A DNA stretch of 64,000 bases from Chrysemys picta bellii (taxonomy: Eukaryota): assembly GCF_011386835.1 (NCBI RefSeq), contig NC_088808.1, positions 16,926,001-16,990,000 of the forward strand, read 5' to 3'. Positions 11,881-23,680 of the stretch are shown here, piece by piece; the stretch's first letter is position 1; every line of letters starts with the position of its first letter. Under the pieces are notes generated by a model. It saw only the letters and a program-made list of their open reading frames with translations. It searched no databases and had not been told where the DNA came from. The translations under genes and the position numbers were made by a program.

Positions 11881-12400
11881 TACGTGGGGGTCCGGGATAC
11901 TCACCCCTCCTTCTCTCCAACTCAGCTGTTTACCACTCGGGGCTCCTCTAGCCCACAGGGCGCCGCCATCTTGGCCCTGCCTCCCTCCTCCCCTCTCCAC
12001 CTCCAGTCCAACCAGCGACTCCTCGAATCCCTCCGCTGAAGAAAGTAGTGCGCGGGACCAGCCCCGTCTGCGCGATACGCCGCCGCCTGCCCGCGCCCCG
12101 TCCTCGCTGTTTCCTCTGAGCGGCCTCTGTCTCTCGGCGGTCCGCGTTCCAGGCTTGGGATGCCCCGCGCCGGAGTGGCGCGGAGCTATCTCAAGCGGGA
12201 GCGATGCGGCTCCAGAGCGGTCTCGTGATTCTGGAGAGGGCCGCAAGAAGCGCCGGCTGAGGATCACGTGATTTGGAGTCTCCGGGAGGGAGTGGGCGGG
12301 GCGAGGCAGGCTGGGAGGTAAACAAGGCCTGCTGCCTCTGGGGGCGAGGCAGGCTGGCTCTTGTAGTGGGCCTGGACCTGCTGCAGCCTCAGCGCCTAGC
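11880..12400. promoter_or_regulatory. TSC1: TSC1 CpG-island promoter (YY1 motif, palindromic E-box, GC boxes)
   Basis: CpG-dense; CGCCGCCATCTT 11961-11972; ATCACGTGAT 12263-12272; GGGCGGGG near 12294. Confidence 0.8.
11905..12050 (-). other. TSC1: TSC1 exon 1 (non-coding; 5' end approximate)
   Basis: Minus CCAAGATGGCGGCGCCCTGTGGGCTAGAGG...GTAAACAGCTGAG matches human TSC1 exon 1 as recalled; donor GG|GTGAGTAT with GT at 11904-11903; intron 1 is 9.3 kb. Confidence 0.85.
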
Positions 12401-12820
12401 ACCCCGGGGGAGTCTGAGTGCTGAGCTCAGGCAGCTTCCCAGGCAGGCTGTCTGGCTGTCATGTTACACTGCCAAGGGTGCAGCATGCTGACACACGCAG
12501 CCGCACACAGGAGGTGCCACACAGAGTGGCACTCGGCAGCTGGTTGTGGCACCACCATGGTGACATGCAACGTGATGCCATGGTGGACACACAGTTACTC
12601 CAAGCAACATGCCATGAAGCCACCTTCGCGTTGACATCTGCAATGACAAGCCCCAGCGACACCACGGCAATATTGCAGCACCTCAATGCAATACTCTGAC
12701 ACTATGTTGCCAGGGTGACATAAGATGGTGATGCCACTGAAATCAGTGCAGTTACACTAGATATAAATGTGACCCATGTGGACCTCCCCCTGATCCTCTC
12801 AACCAGGATGTGCTCCTATG

Positions 12821-13116
12821 CAGTGTTGCCAACTCTCAAGATTTTATCACAAGTCTCGCAATATATGTGCTTTTTTGGAAAGCCCCAGCTCCTGGAATCA
12901 ATTGGCTCTCAGACGTCATTTTAAAAAAAGGAAATTTCTAATCCTCGTGCTTGCAGAGGAAAGCTTGAAAACATGAAGCAAGGCTCAGAAACTGAAAAGT
13001 AAATGAAAAGAACCTCAGCACTATTATTTATTTTTAAAAATCTGAAGATTTTTGCCACTTGTGGTTTTAGGGGGCCCTGACTCATGATTTTTGAATGCTT
13101 GAGGTTGGCAGTACTG
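12821..13116. mobile_element. Old hAT-like MITE
   Basis: Imperfect TIR CAGTGTTGCCAAC / GTTGGCAGTACTG; a related copy lies near 48125-48450. Confidence 0.6.
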
Positions 13117-13581
13117 TTTTGGTGAAGTACTGCTCGAACAAGCAGCACATCTCTGAGTTTTCTTGTGTAACGCACCTATGCACTTTCCATTTATCCACAA
13201 ATCATACTGTTACCAGTTTAAAACAGGGATCTAATAGAGCCCCATTTTTGTCCTCCTTTTGTCTTATCTAAGCCATGGTGAACTTCATTTCTGGAAACTC
13301 CTGAAATTTTTTTTAGCCATAGCTAATTAGCTCTGTAATTTTTAATCTTACCATTGCAAATGTACAAAATGGGCTGTCCTAGAATCTATCAGAAAGAGTG
13401 CCATTTCAAATTTACATTATAATGAACAAGCCCCTTAATAGCGCACAAAGAACATAATTACCTTACTTGTAAAAGTACGTGGAAGGTGTAAGAAAGCATA
13501 TGGCTGCATGTCAGAGGGCACTATTGAAAACTGACATACAGCTATCAAAATATTCAGTTCTTTTAGGCTATCGATTGCTGT

Positions 13582-13670
13582 GGTTGTCAGTATCAGAGGG
13601 GTAGCCGTGTTAGTCTGGATCTGTAAAAAGCAAAGAGTCCTGTGGCACCTTATAGACTAAGGTTGTCAGT
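13582..13670. mobile_element. Truncated Penelope-like terminus
   Basis: GTAGCCGTGTTAGTCTGGATCTGTAAAAAG...GTGGCACCTTATAGACTAA; TSD GGTTGTCAGT at 13582-13591 and 13661-13670. Confidence 0.7.
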
Positions 13671-14297
13671 GTACTTTTAACCTGGGACCAAAAATGTGTT
13701 GCAGCACCACCATGTGTAAAAATAATAGTACTGCATATCTGAAAATAAACATCCTTACAAAGCTGGCCAAGTTCCACACTGCTGTAACTCCACTGCCTTC
13801 ACCAGAGTTATACAAGCTCCGGATTTGAATTGCAGGAGGTGGGAACAGTGGTGGTCCCATCAAGTTCTGCCACACCAAGCTCTGCCCACTCAAGATACCA
13901 GAATGAGATTAGACTCATAGCAGATTGTGCAGATGTTCAAAATGTGATCACATGGGTTCAACTGGACTCCTCAAGTTCAGCTCCCCACCAGCAGTGATAC
14001 ATCCTTGCACAGGCCAGATTAAGGCAAAGATACAATAGACACGTGATTAGTGCCACGGTAGCCAGAGTCATGGGATGCTGTGAGAATCTAAGCTTTCATT
14101 TTAAAAAAGTTTCTAGGCTCAGGGTTGTGCCAAACAGCATGAAAAAAATGACTGAGGATAACTGATTTACGTTTATGTGAAATAATATTTACAAGACAGT
14201 ATGGAGGCATGCAGCATTGTTGCAGAAACTTTACAGGAAAACTCTGAAGTCTGGTACACTCAAAATGTGATCTACTTTTTACTTTGAGTTAGCAAAG

Positions 14298-14500
14298 TGT
14301 AACCCACACACCTCTTGGGGGTGGTGTTCTGGCCCATCTAGTGGCACTGAGACCACTTAGAGAGAGAAAATGAGTCAGCTCTCCAGCCTTAGCTAACAGC
14401 CTGGTGGTTTTTTGCTCATGTGGTAGAGGCTCATACACTAAGCTCCAGAGGTCCCAAGTTTGATCCTGCCTGCTGAGGACCAGGGTGTGTGGGTGTTGCA
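14298..14500 (+). mobile_element. Short solo-LTR-like element with tRNA-like interior
   Basis: TG...CA ends, 4-bp TSD AAAG on both sides, degenerate A-box/B-box like stretch at ~14415-14467. Confidence 0.55.
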
Positions 14501-16081
14501 AAAGCTCATGCCATTCTTTATATTTTTAATGATCTATTTATATAGTGATGGATTGCAAAATTCTTCATGAGCTGATGTACAAACCTTGCACAGGGATCAC
14601 TTCACCCCTTGCTGAAATGCAGCAACTGTGGGAAGATGCATAACATTTCACCCCTTTAGGTTTGGAGATTAAGTATATATTAGCCAGTTAAAAGTGCAAG
14701 AAGAATTTGAGGAAGAATGAAAGTATATAAGATGGGGTTCTCCTGCCTTTTAATTTTGTAGACCATTCATGGACCTCTCACCAACCATCTCTTGTTCCCA
14801 CACCCCAGTCTCTATACAGGTTGGTTCTCAAAAATTTTTCATTCTGTGGGCTAGCAGGAAGAGTTCTGTGGCTCTCTGGTGAGCCACAGGCTACAGATTG
14901 TGAACCTCTGACCTGATTCTGCAACTCATACTAATAGTCCCTTTGAAGCTAATGAGAATTTTCTCATAAGGATGGCAAGATAGAGCCTAGGTTCAAAGAA
15001 AATAAAAGCAGGATTAAAATGCTACCAGTGAGGTATCAGTGGCTCTTTAACTACTTCAGCACTAGCTGGCATATGTCACAGCTCTGATCGCTCTCCCTGT
15101 GGAACTGAGATCCCTCAGAGCTTGTTTCCCTTGATGTTGCACCTGTAACAGGTCATCCTATTATAAGGTGAGAAAGAGTTTCTTGATGTGAGCACATCTC
15201 TAGTCCTGCTTTGTGCATTACAATTAATTTTTATTTCAGTCTGGGCTGAGTGGGCTTTTTTTCTCCCTGCTGAGCTGGGGACATGTTTATTTAATCTTCC
15301 TCGAAAAAAGATCTCAAATTAGGCTGAGTTTCAGAAAAGAAATGGAAGCAATTAGTGGTGTTATTCCGCGTTGACTTAATTACCATAGTACTACAAGCAC
15401 AAAAGGAAACCCAGACAAGCTGGGAGGGGTTTGCACATGATTCTTATTGCTGGATAGACACAAAAAGGAAAGAATAGTGCGTAAAAAGTGGCTTTTGTGT
15501 GATATAATTAACCTTGTTTATTCTTATTTACCTACATACTTCAATGATTTATTTAATGAGGCATCTGAGGTGTATTAAGAGCAGGTGGCAATACATGGAA
15601 TTAAATTGTCCTCAGTAGACAGCACAAATAGCTCTGCCTCCAGTATGCTCCCTGTGCACCATGGGTGAAATTCATCCTTGTGCAAGGAGCCAGCACACGC
15701 CTAAGCAGTCCCACTTAAGCCCTCCATGGCAGTCTTTCTTCCTTCCTCCTAGGTCCTGCAGAGGGTGCTCTACTCATCCTGGAAATTTCAAGGGGGAACA
15801 GATGAGATGGGGAGTGAATCAGCTGGAGGCAGGGCCAGACGGATATGTATTGTGCCCACAGCAGCCCAGTGGAGATCAGGGCAGAAAGAAAATACAGCCC
15901 CAACTTGATCCACAGAGGGGATCCCCCGCAAAGGGTGTGTCTCTGGGGCAGCTGCTGCTGTGGGAGCTCTCTCAATGGGCTTCTCTTCACTGCAAGGTTA
16001 ACTGGAGTTATGACAGGAGAGTTGTCCTATCCACGCACAAAATCCTTCAACACAAGTTGTGCAGCCCATCAGGGCATATAG

Positions 16082-16206
16082 TAGGGTGACCAGACAGCAA
16101 ATGTGAAAAATCGGGATGGGAGTGGGGGGGGTAATAGGAGCCTATATAAGAAACAGACCCCAAAATCCAGACTGTCCCTATAAAATCGGGACATCTGGTC
16201 ACCCTA
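16082..16206. mobile_element. hAT MITE
   Basis: TIR TAGGGTGACCAGA / TCTGGTCACCCTA; 8-bp TSD GCATATAG / GCGTATAG. Confidence 0.85.
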
Positions 16207-17672
16207 GCGTATAGGGTAAAACCCAAGTGATCACAACTCGTCAGCTACTGACACAACCACTCTGTAGGATGGACACAGGCTAGTGCCACTTGAGTGCTTC
16301 TCATCTCCCAATGTCTTGCCACAATGCCCTGTGTGTCCAGAAAGGACAGACAACTCTCATACTTCACAAGGAAAGAATTCATAGTGTGCCTCAGCTTAAT
16401 GCAGCACTAAAACCCATGGGATGTGCCCCCTGAACTCTTAGTGCCACACACAAGTGAATTGAGCTCTAGTGTGGACACAGCAGCTCAAGTGTTATTTCAG
16501 CGTGACCGCTCTCACTCAAGGTTGGCTAACTCAGGGGGACTAACGCAAGTGTACATAAACTTGAGTTACTATGCAGTAAAGACAGCTGTGGCTCCATCGA
16601 AGGAAAGGTGGTAATAGTCACGGTCTGATCCTCAACTTCCCATGTGGTGTAATAGGGATAATAATCATCCTTCCTTCCTCCTGCCCTTTGTCTGTGTTGT
16701 CTATTTAGATTGGATGTACCGTGCCTAGCACAATGGGGCCCTGATCTTGGTTGGGGTCTCTAGGCTGTATTGGGCTACAAATAATAATTAATAAAACAAC
16801 TGTACCTATTATGTTAATGATCCGATTGTGTGCAAGGACATCTCTGCTTTGGGAGATTATGGCAAACTGGATATACCAGTGGATTGGCTGGTATAAATGT
16901 CATATTTCCAGCTGTGCTCCTCCCCATTGGTCACTGAGGCCCAGAAATCTAATTGTCATCCTTCTAGTGAGACCTGGGCACTACACCCTTTGGAGCCTGT
17001 GACACCTGATTCAGCCAGCTGGGTTTGGTGAGATTTTATTGAGTACATTGTTGGGTTCCCTACACAGTTTGCCCAGCAAACAAAGCCTAATAGAGTCAGG
17101 CCCAATTGGGTGGCTCTTTTCTCCAACTGCAGTCCCAGAACCAGATTCTGGCCCCAAGTGTTTCATGAAATAACATGTCAGCCCTTTCACTAGCCTGTCA
17201 TCTTTCCCTTTTGTTTAATTTCTGCAATTTTCTTCACATAAAACCCCTGAAGTTCCAGTTCACTTATTGGTTTTCTTTCACAATGCATGTTTGTGTAGGG
17301 GGAAATATAATCCCACAAATGTCTGTGTTTAAGAGGATGCAAATCAGTTTTCCAGCACAATGCTTTGTGAACAGTTTCTTTCATGCAAAACTCTGCTAGA
17401 TAAATAAAAATCAAAGGGGGAATAGGAGGGAGGAGGTAGAGGAGATGCTGCTTCTATAAACAACAAGAGTTAATTATCATTCAACAAAATCACAGATGTG
17501 ACAGAATCAAAAACTTAAGATCTGAACCTTTCGGAACTTTGGAGAAGTCTAGATCTAGAGCTAAATGGTGCAACAAAACCTGTAGCAACGGCCCTAACCT
17601 TGTCTAGTATCGTGGGGAAGTAAGGAGTCTGAAGGGCTGGGGGCTGGCTGTGTATTGTGATTTGAGATAGCA

Positions 17673-17686
17673 CCAGTAGGTGGCAC
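17673..17686 (+). promoter_or_regulatory. CTCF core motif, forward
   Basis: CCAGTAGGTGGCAC fits CCASYAGRKGGCRS with no mismatch. Confidence 0.6.
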
Positions 17687-17724
17687 CATAAACAGAAAAC
17701 CTCACAAGAACTGTCATTACTAAA

Positions 17725-17985
17725 GAGACAAGGTGGATGAGGTTGGCTCTCTATGAGCTAAGATCAAGTGTAGTAGTGACCAGAGGGGTGAAAACATTAT
17801 CTTTCAGTGGAACTTCTGTTGGTGGGAGAGACAAGTTTTCAAGCGACACAGAGCTCTTCCTCTGTGTCGCTTGAAAGTTTGTTTCTCGCACCAACAAAAG
17901 TTGTCCCAATAAAATATATTACTTCACCCATCTTGTCTCTCGAATACCCTGGGACCACTATGGCTATAACAACACTGCATATTAT
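17725..17985. mobile_element. Penelope-like terminus (second family), palindromic, with a ~50-nt insert
   Basis: Arms symmetric around CTCTTC at ~17852-17857; homologous to 47672-48050. Confidence 0.65.
17757..17775 (+). pseudogene. U2 snRNA 5' fragment (nt ~20-38)
   Basis: GCTAAGATCAAGTGTAGTA is identical to U2 nt 20-38; weaker similarity runs upstream to about nt 9; none after nt 38. Confidence 0.6.
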
Positions 17986-19359
17986 GAGTAGAGTATAAAA
18001 TACCTGTCACTTATATGTATGTAGTAGTTTTACTTCTTCAGGATGATTGCAACATTGCAACAGGATCTCATTTAACTGCAAAAGAAATGGTATTGCTTCC
18101 TTATACCTGCACCACAAACTGTATAGGACAAAGGGACAAGTTAATTCCTGGTATAACTCCACTGGTTCTCCAAAAAATAAAGTATATTTGAAAAGGTTCC
18201 TACTGAGCAGCAAAACTCCACTAAGTGAAAGCATTTCTTTGATGGCATCCATGAGCATGTTCTGTACTCCACACATGGCTATGTATCTGATCTAAGATTA
18301 CACTTCTTAAATTGTAAACTCCTTGGGCAGACACCTTGTCTACTCCATGCTCTGTACATTGCTGAGCATGCTGATAGAGCACAACACTTTGCACATGCCA
18401 TAATACGAGTGTGTCTTGGATAGGGAAGATCAGAGAGAACAGGAGAAAGTGGAGGGCAAGTTTTTATTGGCATGTCATTTGGGGAGATCACATTACTATC
18501 AGTGCAGCAAGTGAGAGCACTGTCTAGTGATTATTGCAAGTTGCTGGTGTTCAAAACTCATAGATTCTGTTCCCAGCTCTCTACAGACTCACTGTGGGGT
18601 TTTGGGCAAGTCAGTTTACCTCTATGTGACTAGATTTCCCCATTTGCAAAGTGCCTCACAAAGGTGTTGTGATGTTCAGTTGTTTCATATTGGTAAATTC
18701 CTTTGTGATTCTTGGGTGAAGGAAGCTACAGAAGTATAAATTCTTATCTTTACTCTTGAAAAGCATATTGGAAAGATGTCTATTAATTAACTTGCATTTT
18801 TCTAAATATATATTTATATAATACATACATTAATGATGAAGTCTGTGTACACGCATATACAAAAATCTGCATTTATATACATATTTATAGTTGGACATAC
18901 ATGCAACAAAAATAAATAAGTATATACATTACATGCATACATTTGGCAAAAATACAAGATCATTAACAAGCATCTTTTGCAGCTATTAGATGGAAGTATC
19001 TAATCCTTTTTTCCATGTAGACTGCAGAGGTAAAAATACACTTTGAAATAAAAAAAATCTTGTGTATGTGCATTAAATGGTTTTGTGCATGAGACTGAAG
19101 TGTGTGAGTGTGTGCATGAGAGAGAGTGGTGAGATGTCTGTGAGAGCTGTGATGTGTAAATGAGTGTGTGTACAAATACAGCTTCCTTAACAGCCATTTC
19201 TTTTTTTGTAAAGTCTGTTTGGTACATTATTTCCCTGTGTCATGCACTTTGTCAGTATCACAAAAGACTATTCCAGCAGAAAGCCCCACTGTGTTAAGGG
19301 CACTGCTTCTACGGAGCATAGTTGAGCAACATGAATTCTCTTCAACTTTTCAAAGTCCT

Positions 19360-19510
19360 GGAAAGTTTTGATAAGCAAATACTGTCCAGGCTCTGCTTCT
19401 CCATTGGTTGTTTCTTCACCGCCAGATTTTGACACAAATAATCTGATTGAAAAATCAGGGAGGGGAACAGGGGCAAAAAACAGAAAGAAAAAAGGAGAAG
19501 TATCTATTTC
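19360..19510 (+). promoter_or_regulatory. GFI1B: GFI1B haematopoietic promoter
   Basis: TGATAA 19369-74, reverse CCAAT (ATTGG) 19403-07, AATC/GATT cores at 19425, 19440, 19445 and 19453; CACAAATAATCTGATTGAAAAATCAGGGAGGGGAACAG and AAAGGAGAAGTATCTATTT match the human promoter/TSS region as recalled. Confidence 0.8.
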
Positions 19511-19644
19511 AGAAGACAGCTACCAAGTGAAAAAGTGGAAGAAAGAGCCACAGAAAGAGAAAGAGAAGACCTCTTGCTGGGGGGTTTGTCTGGGGAGATT
19601 TCAAGGCAGAGCTTGATTCCTGCAAACCACAGTCCCCAAAACAG
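19490..19644 (+). other. GFI1B: GFI1B non-coding exon 1 (start approximate)
   Basis: Follows the promoter block, has no ATG, ends CAG|GTGATT. Confidence 0.6.
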
Positions 19645-22600
19645 GTGATTTTTTTTACACATTTACTAACTTTGTTGAATTCATTCCTATGATGTGTCTT
19701 CATAAGCTTTTCTTTTTTCTTTTCTTGCGTTTGCAGATATATTCCACCACACAAGTCAGTTACATGTGCTGGGGATTGTTTTAGTATAATAAGGTGCTTA
19801 GATAAAATGATCAAACCTTTTAAAAACTGTACATTTATTTAACTTAAACACGTGCACACGGGCATGTGCATGCACACACACTAAAGTAAGTAGTAACAGA
19901 GAATGATAACAGCAAAAAAAGGTACAGATAAGATATTACTATGCCCTTCAACACCTAGGTCACAACAAGTACCTATAAGCAGAACTAATTTCCAGATGTG
20001 CCCCTTTGTATCTCGGCAATGAGGACATATTATATTTTTTCTTTTAATTGATATTTTCATGGGGCCAGATCTTCACCTTAAGTACATTTGCAAAGCTCCA
20101 TTCACTTCAATGAAGCAATGCCAGTTTACACCAGTTGAGGATTTGGCCCATATTATTTAGTATTTTTGGCTCCAGTTTATCAGTTGATTTAACTTGTTTT
20201 CCCCCCTCTTAAATATGCTGATTAATGTGGCCTAATTTTTAGCATATGGAATAAGTCTGAACTCCCGCCTGACATACAGCCAGATCGGTTCAATGCACTG
20301 GGCAGGTGAATGGACAAATGACAAGCCCACACGATGGGTGAGCCTGTAAATTAAAGGAATATAGGATTTGTTTTACAGTACCTTGTCAAAGCTATTTATC
20401 CTTTGTCACCCGATCCAGTGCCCATTGAAGTCAATGAATCCGGCTCCTAATGAACAATCCTGAAATCACTTTTTAAATCACTTTATTTTTTAAAAATGTA
20501 TTTATTCCAGATGGGCAAGTATTTCCATCCACATCATGGGCAAAATTATGATAAAAAATTGCCAGCCCTGGCACAACATCCATTTGCCCAACCTTACCAT
20601 GATAATGAAGAACTAATTATATGTTTACCTCTCCACTAAAAACAAGTACAAATTACTTATCCCTGGTGAGTAGAATTTTATAAGGCTGGACTAGTGAGTT
20701 TAAATTTTGGTTTAAAAGACTGAAAGTCTTTTTGAATGCTACTTTAGATCCAGTGTCAGGAGTCTGTAAAACCTCTTATTTTGTTAGCACTCAAAAAAAT
20801 TAAAATACATGCGGATGGTAGTGAGGTTTTTTCATAATGTAGAATCTTCTGTAAGACAGAGAGTTCTTTATTTTTAGAAGGTTTGTGCTTTGGTTTGGTT
20901 TTGATTGTTTGTTTTTTGTTTTTGTTTTGTTTTGCACGGGAATACTGGGAAAAAAATTATAATAGCAAATAAAGTTTGTAGGAAGAAGAAAATATTTCCC
21001 CCTGGCTGAGCCCTCGTACAGTGATCAACCCATCTGAAAATGTATTTTATTTGTAACTCTGAAAGTCTGTTGTGAATTTCCTTCAAACCTAGTGAAAAAA
21101 GCTTCCTTCATCTTGAGAGTTCACTTTCCAAATTCGGAGATAGAGAGATTTGAATTTCAGGAGTTACAAGGGGATGAAAGTCTGTCTTATAATGGAACAT
21201 ATGTTACAAATTTAAGACCTGATTCTGGACGGTGTTCCGGATTAGGTCCGTAGGGTGCAATCCTGCAAACACCTGCTATCAAATATTTGCTTATTGTTGT
21301 GAGTATTCCCATTGAAGTCAATGGAACTACTCACAGATGTAAGTGCTTCACTCGGTAGTAAGTGTTTGCAGGATCAGGGTCTAAGCTATAAAGACTATAT
21401 TCGTCTCTCCATAACAGCAATCTTCTGACAAGCACAGGAGCCCTTTACAGCACCAACAAAGGGCCTGATCCTGCATTTTTTGTGCACTGCAAACTCCCAT
21501 TCATTTCAGTGCATGTCAGGGATGCACAAGGAATGCAGGATCAGGCCCTATGTCTCAGCTCAAACAGAAGCCAGAAACCCCTGAAAATAAGACATTCTAA
21601 TAGAAGTTCTTGTACATTGAGTGTAACAATGTGACTGTAGTACATCTTACACATTTTTGATGAGATGTTCCCTATACATTCTATTGACCTCCTATCAACA
21701 GTGTCCTAAAGGATCTAGGAACCTTTGGGATGGAAGGTGCGCTGCAAAGATATTATTGTGAACATTGGCCTAGATTTTCAAAAGGGGCTAGTAACTTTGG
21801 GTGCCTCAGTTTTGCGGGCACCAAAGATGCATTAACGGGGCCTGATTTTCAGACATTGCTGACCATCCACCCTTTGTAAATCAGGACCTTTAAGGGGTCT
21901 TCAGTTAGGCACCCAAAAATCAAAAAGTCCAAAATCACTACATCACTAGCCACTTTTGAAAAATCTAAGAATATTTTTTCCATGCTGAAAGCCAAAACTG
22001 TAACTTGGCCACTCTCCCTGGGGCTTCCTCTGGCTGCCTGGAAAATATAGTAGCCAGTTGCACGTTCTGTAACTGAGCAGTAAACAAGTAACTCTGATGA
22101 GTCTGACTTTGAATTTTACATTCTCTTTTGAACCAAGAAGAAGCCAAAACAGCCACATTTTGGGTAATCATCCTTGGCTAATCAGTGAAACCTTTCTTAT
22201 ATGATCACCATCCAAGGAAGGGATTGTCACCAAAGAGACCAGCAAAAACCGGCTCCCTAAAAGATGGATTTTAAACTAAAGGTTGAACAAAACTGTCTGG
22301 AAGACTCAGTGGTTGCTTAAGACATAGGGCTGCCAATTTTGGTTGTACATATGCCTGGGGGATTCATCAAATGACAATCTTTAATTAAAAATTAATCTTC
22401 GATTCCTGGCGACTCCAGGACAATCCTGGAGGGCTGGCAATTCTATAAAATAAGACAAGGTGTTGTCTGTTAAAGGTGGGGTCCGTAGTGCTGGTTTCCC
22501 TTGATATCATGGTTAGATATTAGTAGCAGTTGACCGCTTGCTACTGATAATCTCTGTTTCAGAGGGAGATAATATTTTTCTCTCACAATCTGTGCTTCCA

Positions 22601-23534
22601 GCTTTCCTCACATTTGGTCGTGTGAATCACAAATATAATCTGATGCAGTTAATTAACTACACTCTGGGTTCCCAGTTCCTGTTTTCTCTGTAATGTGGGG
22701 TGGGGGGGGGAGGGGGACTTCCTTTTGCAACGTTCAGTAGTGCATCAAAGATCGTTGAACTAGGCACAGGCCATTATCTGCCATAGAGACACGGAGCCAA
22801 ATTTGGCTGTCAGTTATACTGGTGTAAATCTGGAGTAATTCCATTGATTTCTCTGGAGCTATTCCAGATTTACTCTAGTGAACTGAGAGCAGAATTTGGC
22901 CCAGTGTATCTAAATGAAACACTGTGGGCCCAATCCGGCAAACACCCCACCTGGAAACTCCTATTGACTTCAGTGGAAGTTCTACACACACTGACTTGCA
23001 GGATTGGGCCCTGTAACATTGTGGTGCTTAAAAGAAGCCTCAGTAGGGAGTTACGGGAAAGTAAATAGAACTAGGTAATATGGAGTCATTGCTTGCAAAC
23101 ACGCTGTCCATTTTCAGCCCTATATTGGGCCCCCTTCTAACTTTCTAACATAAAAAAAATTCTCTTTGTGACACAAACTTTCACATGTTAATCGCAAGTC
23201 ACTTGCAATTTTCTTGGTAAAATATGAAGAAAACCAGATGAACCTATTTCAGAGTAAAACCTGACTAGGGAGTTCAAGATTTGGCCCAAAGATGGATTAT
23301 CAAGTGATAGGAGCCCTGGGCCAGATTTACAAAGGTATTTAGGTGCCTAAAGATGAGGATGGGGTGACTAATATGATTTACAAAAGCACCTAAACTAGTT
23401 AGGTGCCTAACTCTCATTGACTTAAATGGGACGTAGGCACCTAACCTACATAGGCACTTTTGTAAATCACACTAGACGCTCTATTTGCATCTTCTGGCAC
23501 CTAAATGCTTTTGGAAATCTGTTCCCCTGTCCCT

Positions 23535-23680
23535 TGGGACACTTAAGACAACACTGGACAAAGCACTAGCCTATACAATTGTATTTCGAATACTCAAGGT
23601 CAGTTTCTGCACTGGGCCCTGGAGAATGGACTAGCTGAACTCAGAGATCTTTCCCATCTCTAGTTGCTGTGTTTCCATGA
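23535..23680 (+). mobile_element. Old CR1 LINE 3' end
   Basis: TTAAGACAACACTGGACAAAGCACTAG...GGACTAGCTGAACTCAGAGATCTTTCCCATCTCTAG resembles a CR1 3'UTR. Confidence 0.5.

Noticed and set aside
11878-12402. 174-aa minus-strand ORF over the TSC1 promoter
   Set aside because: CpG-island artefact; starts upstream of the likely TSS and crosses the exon 1 donor.
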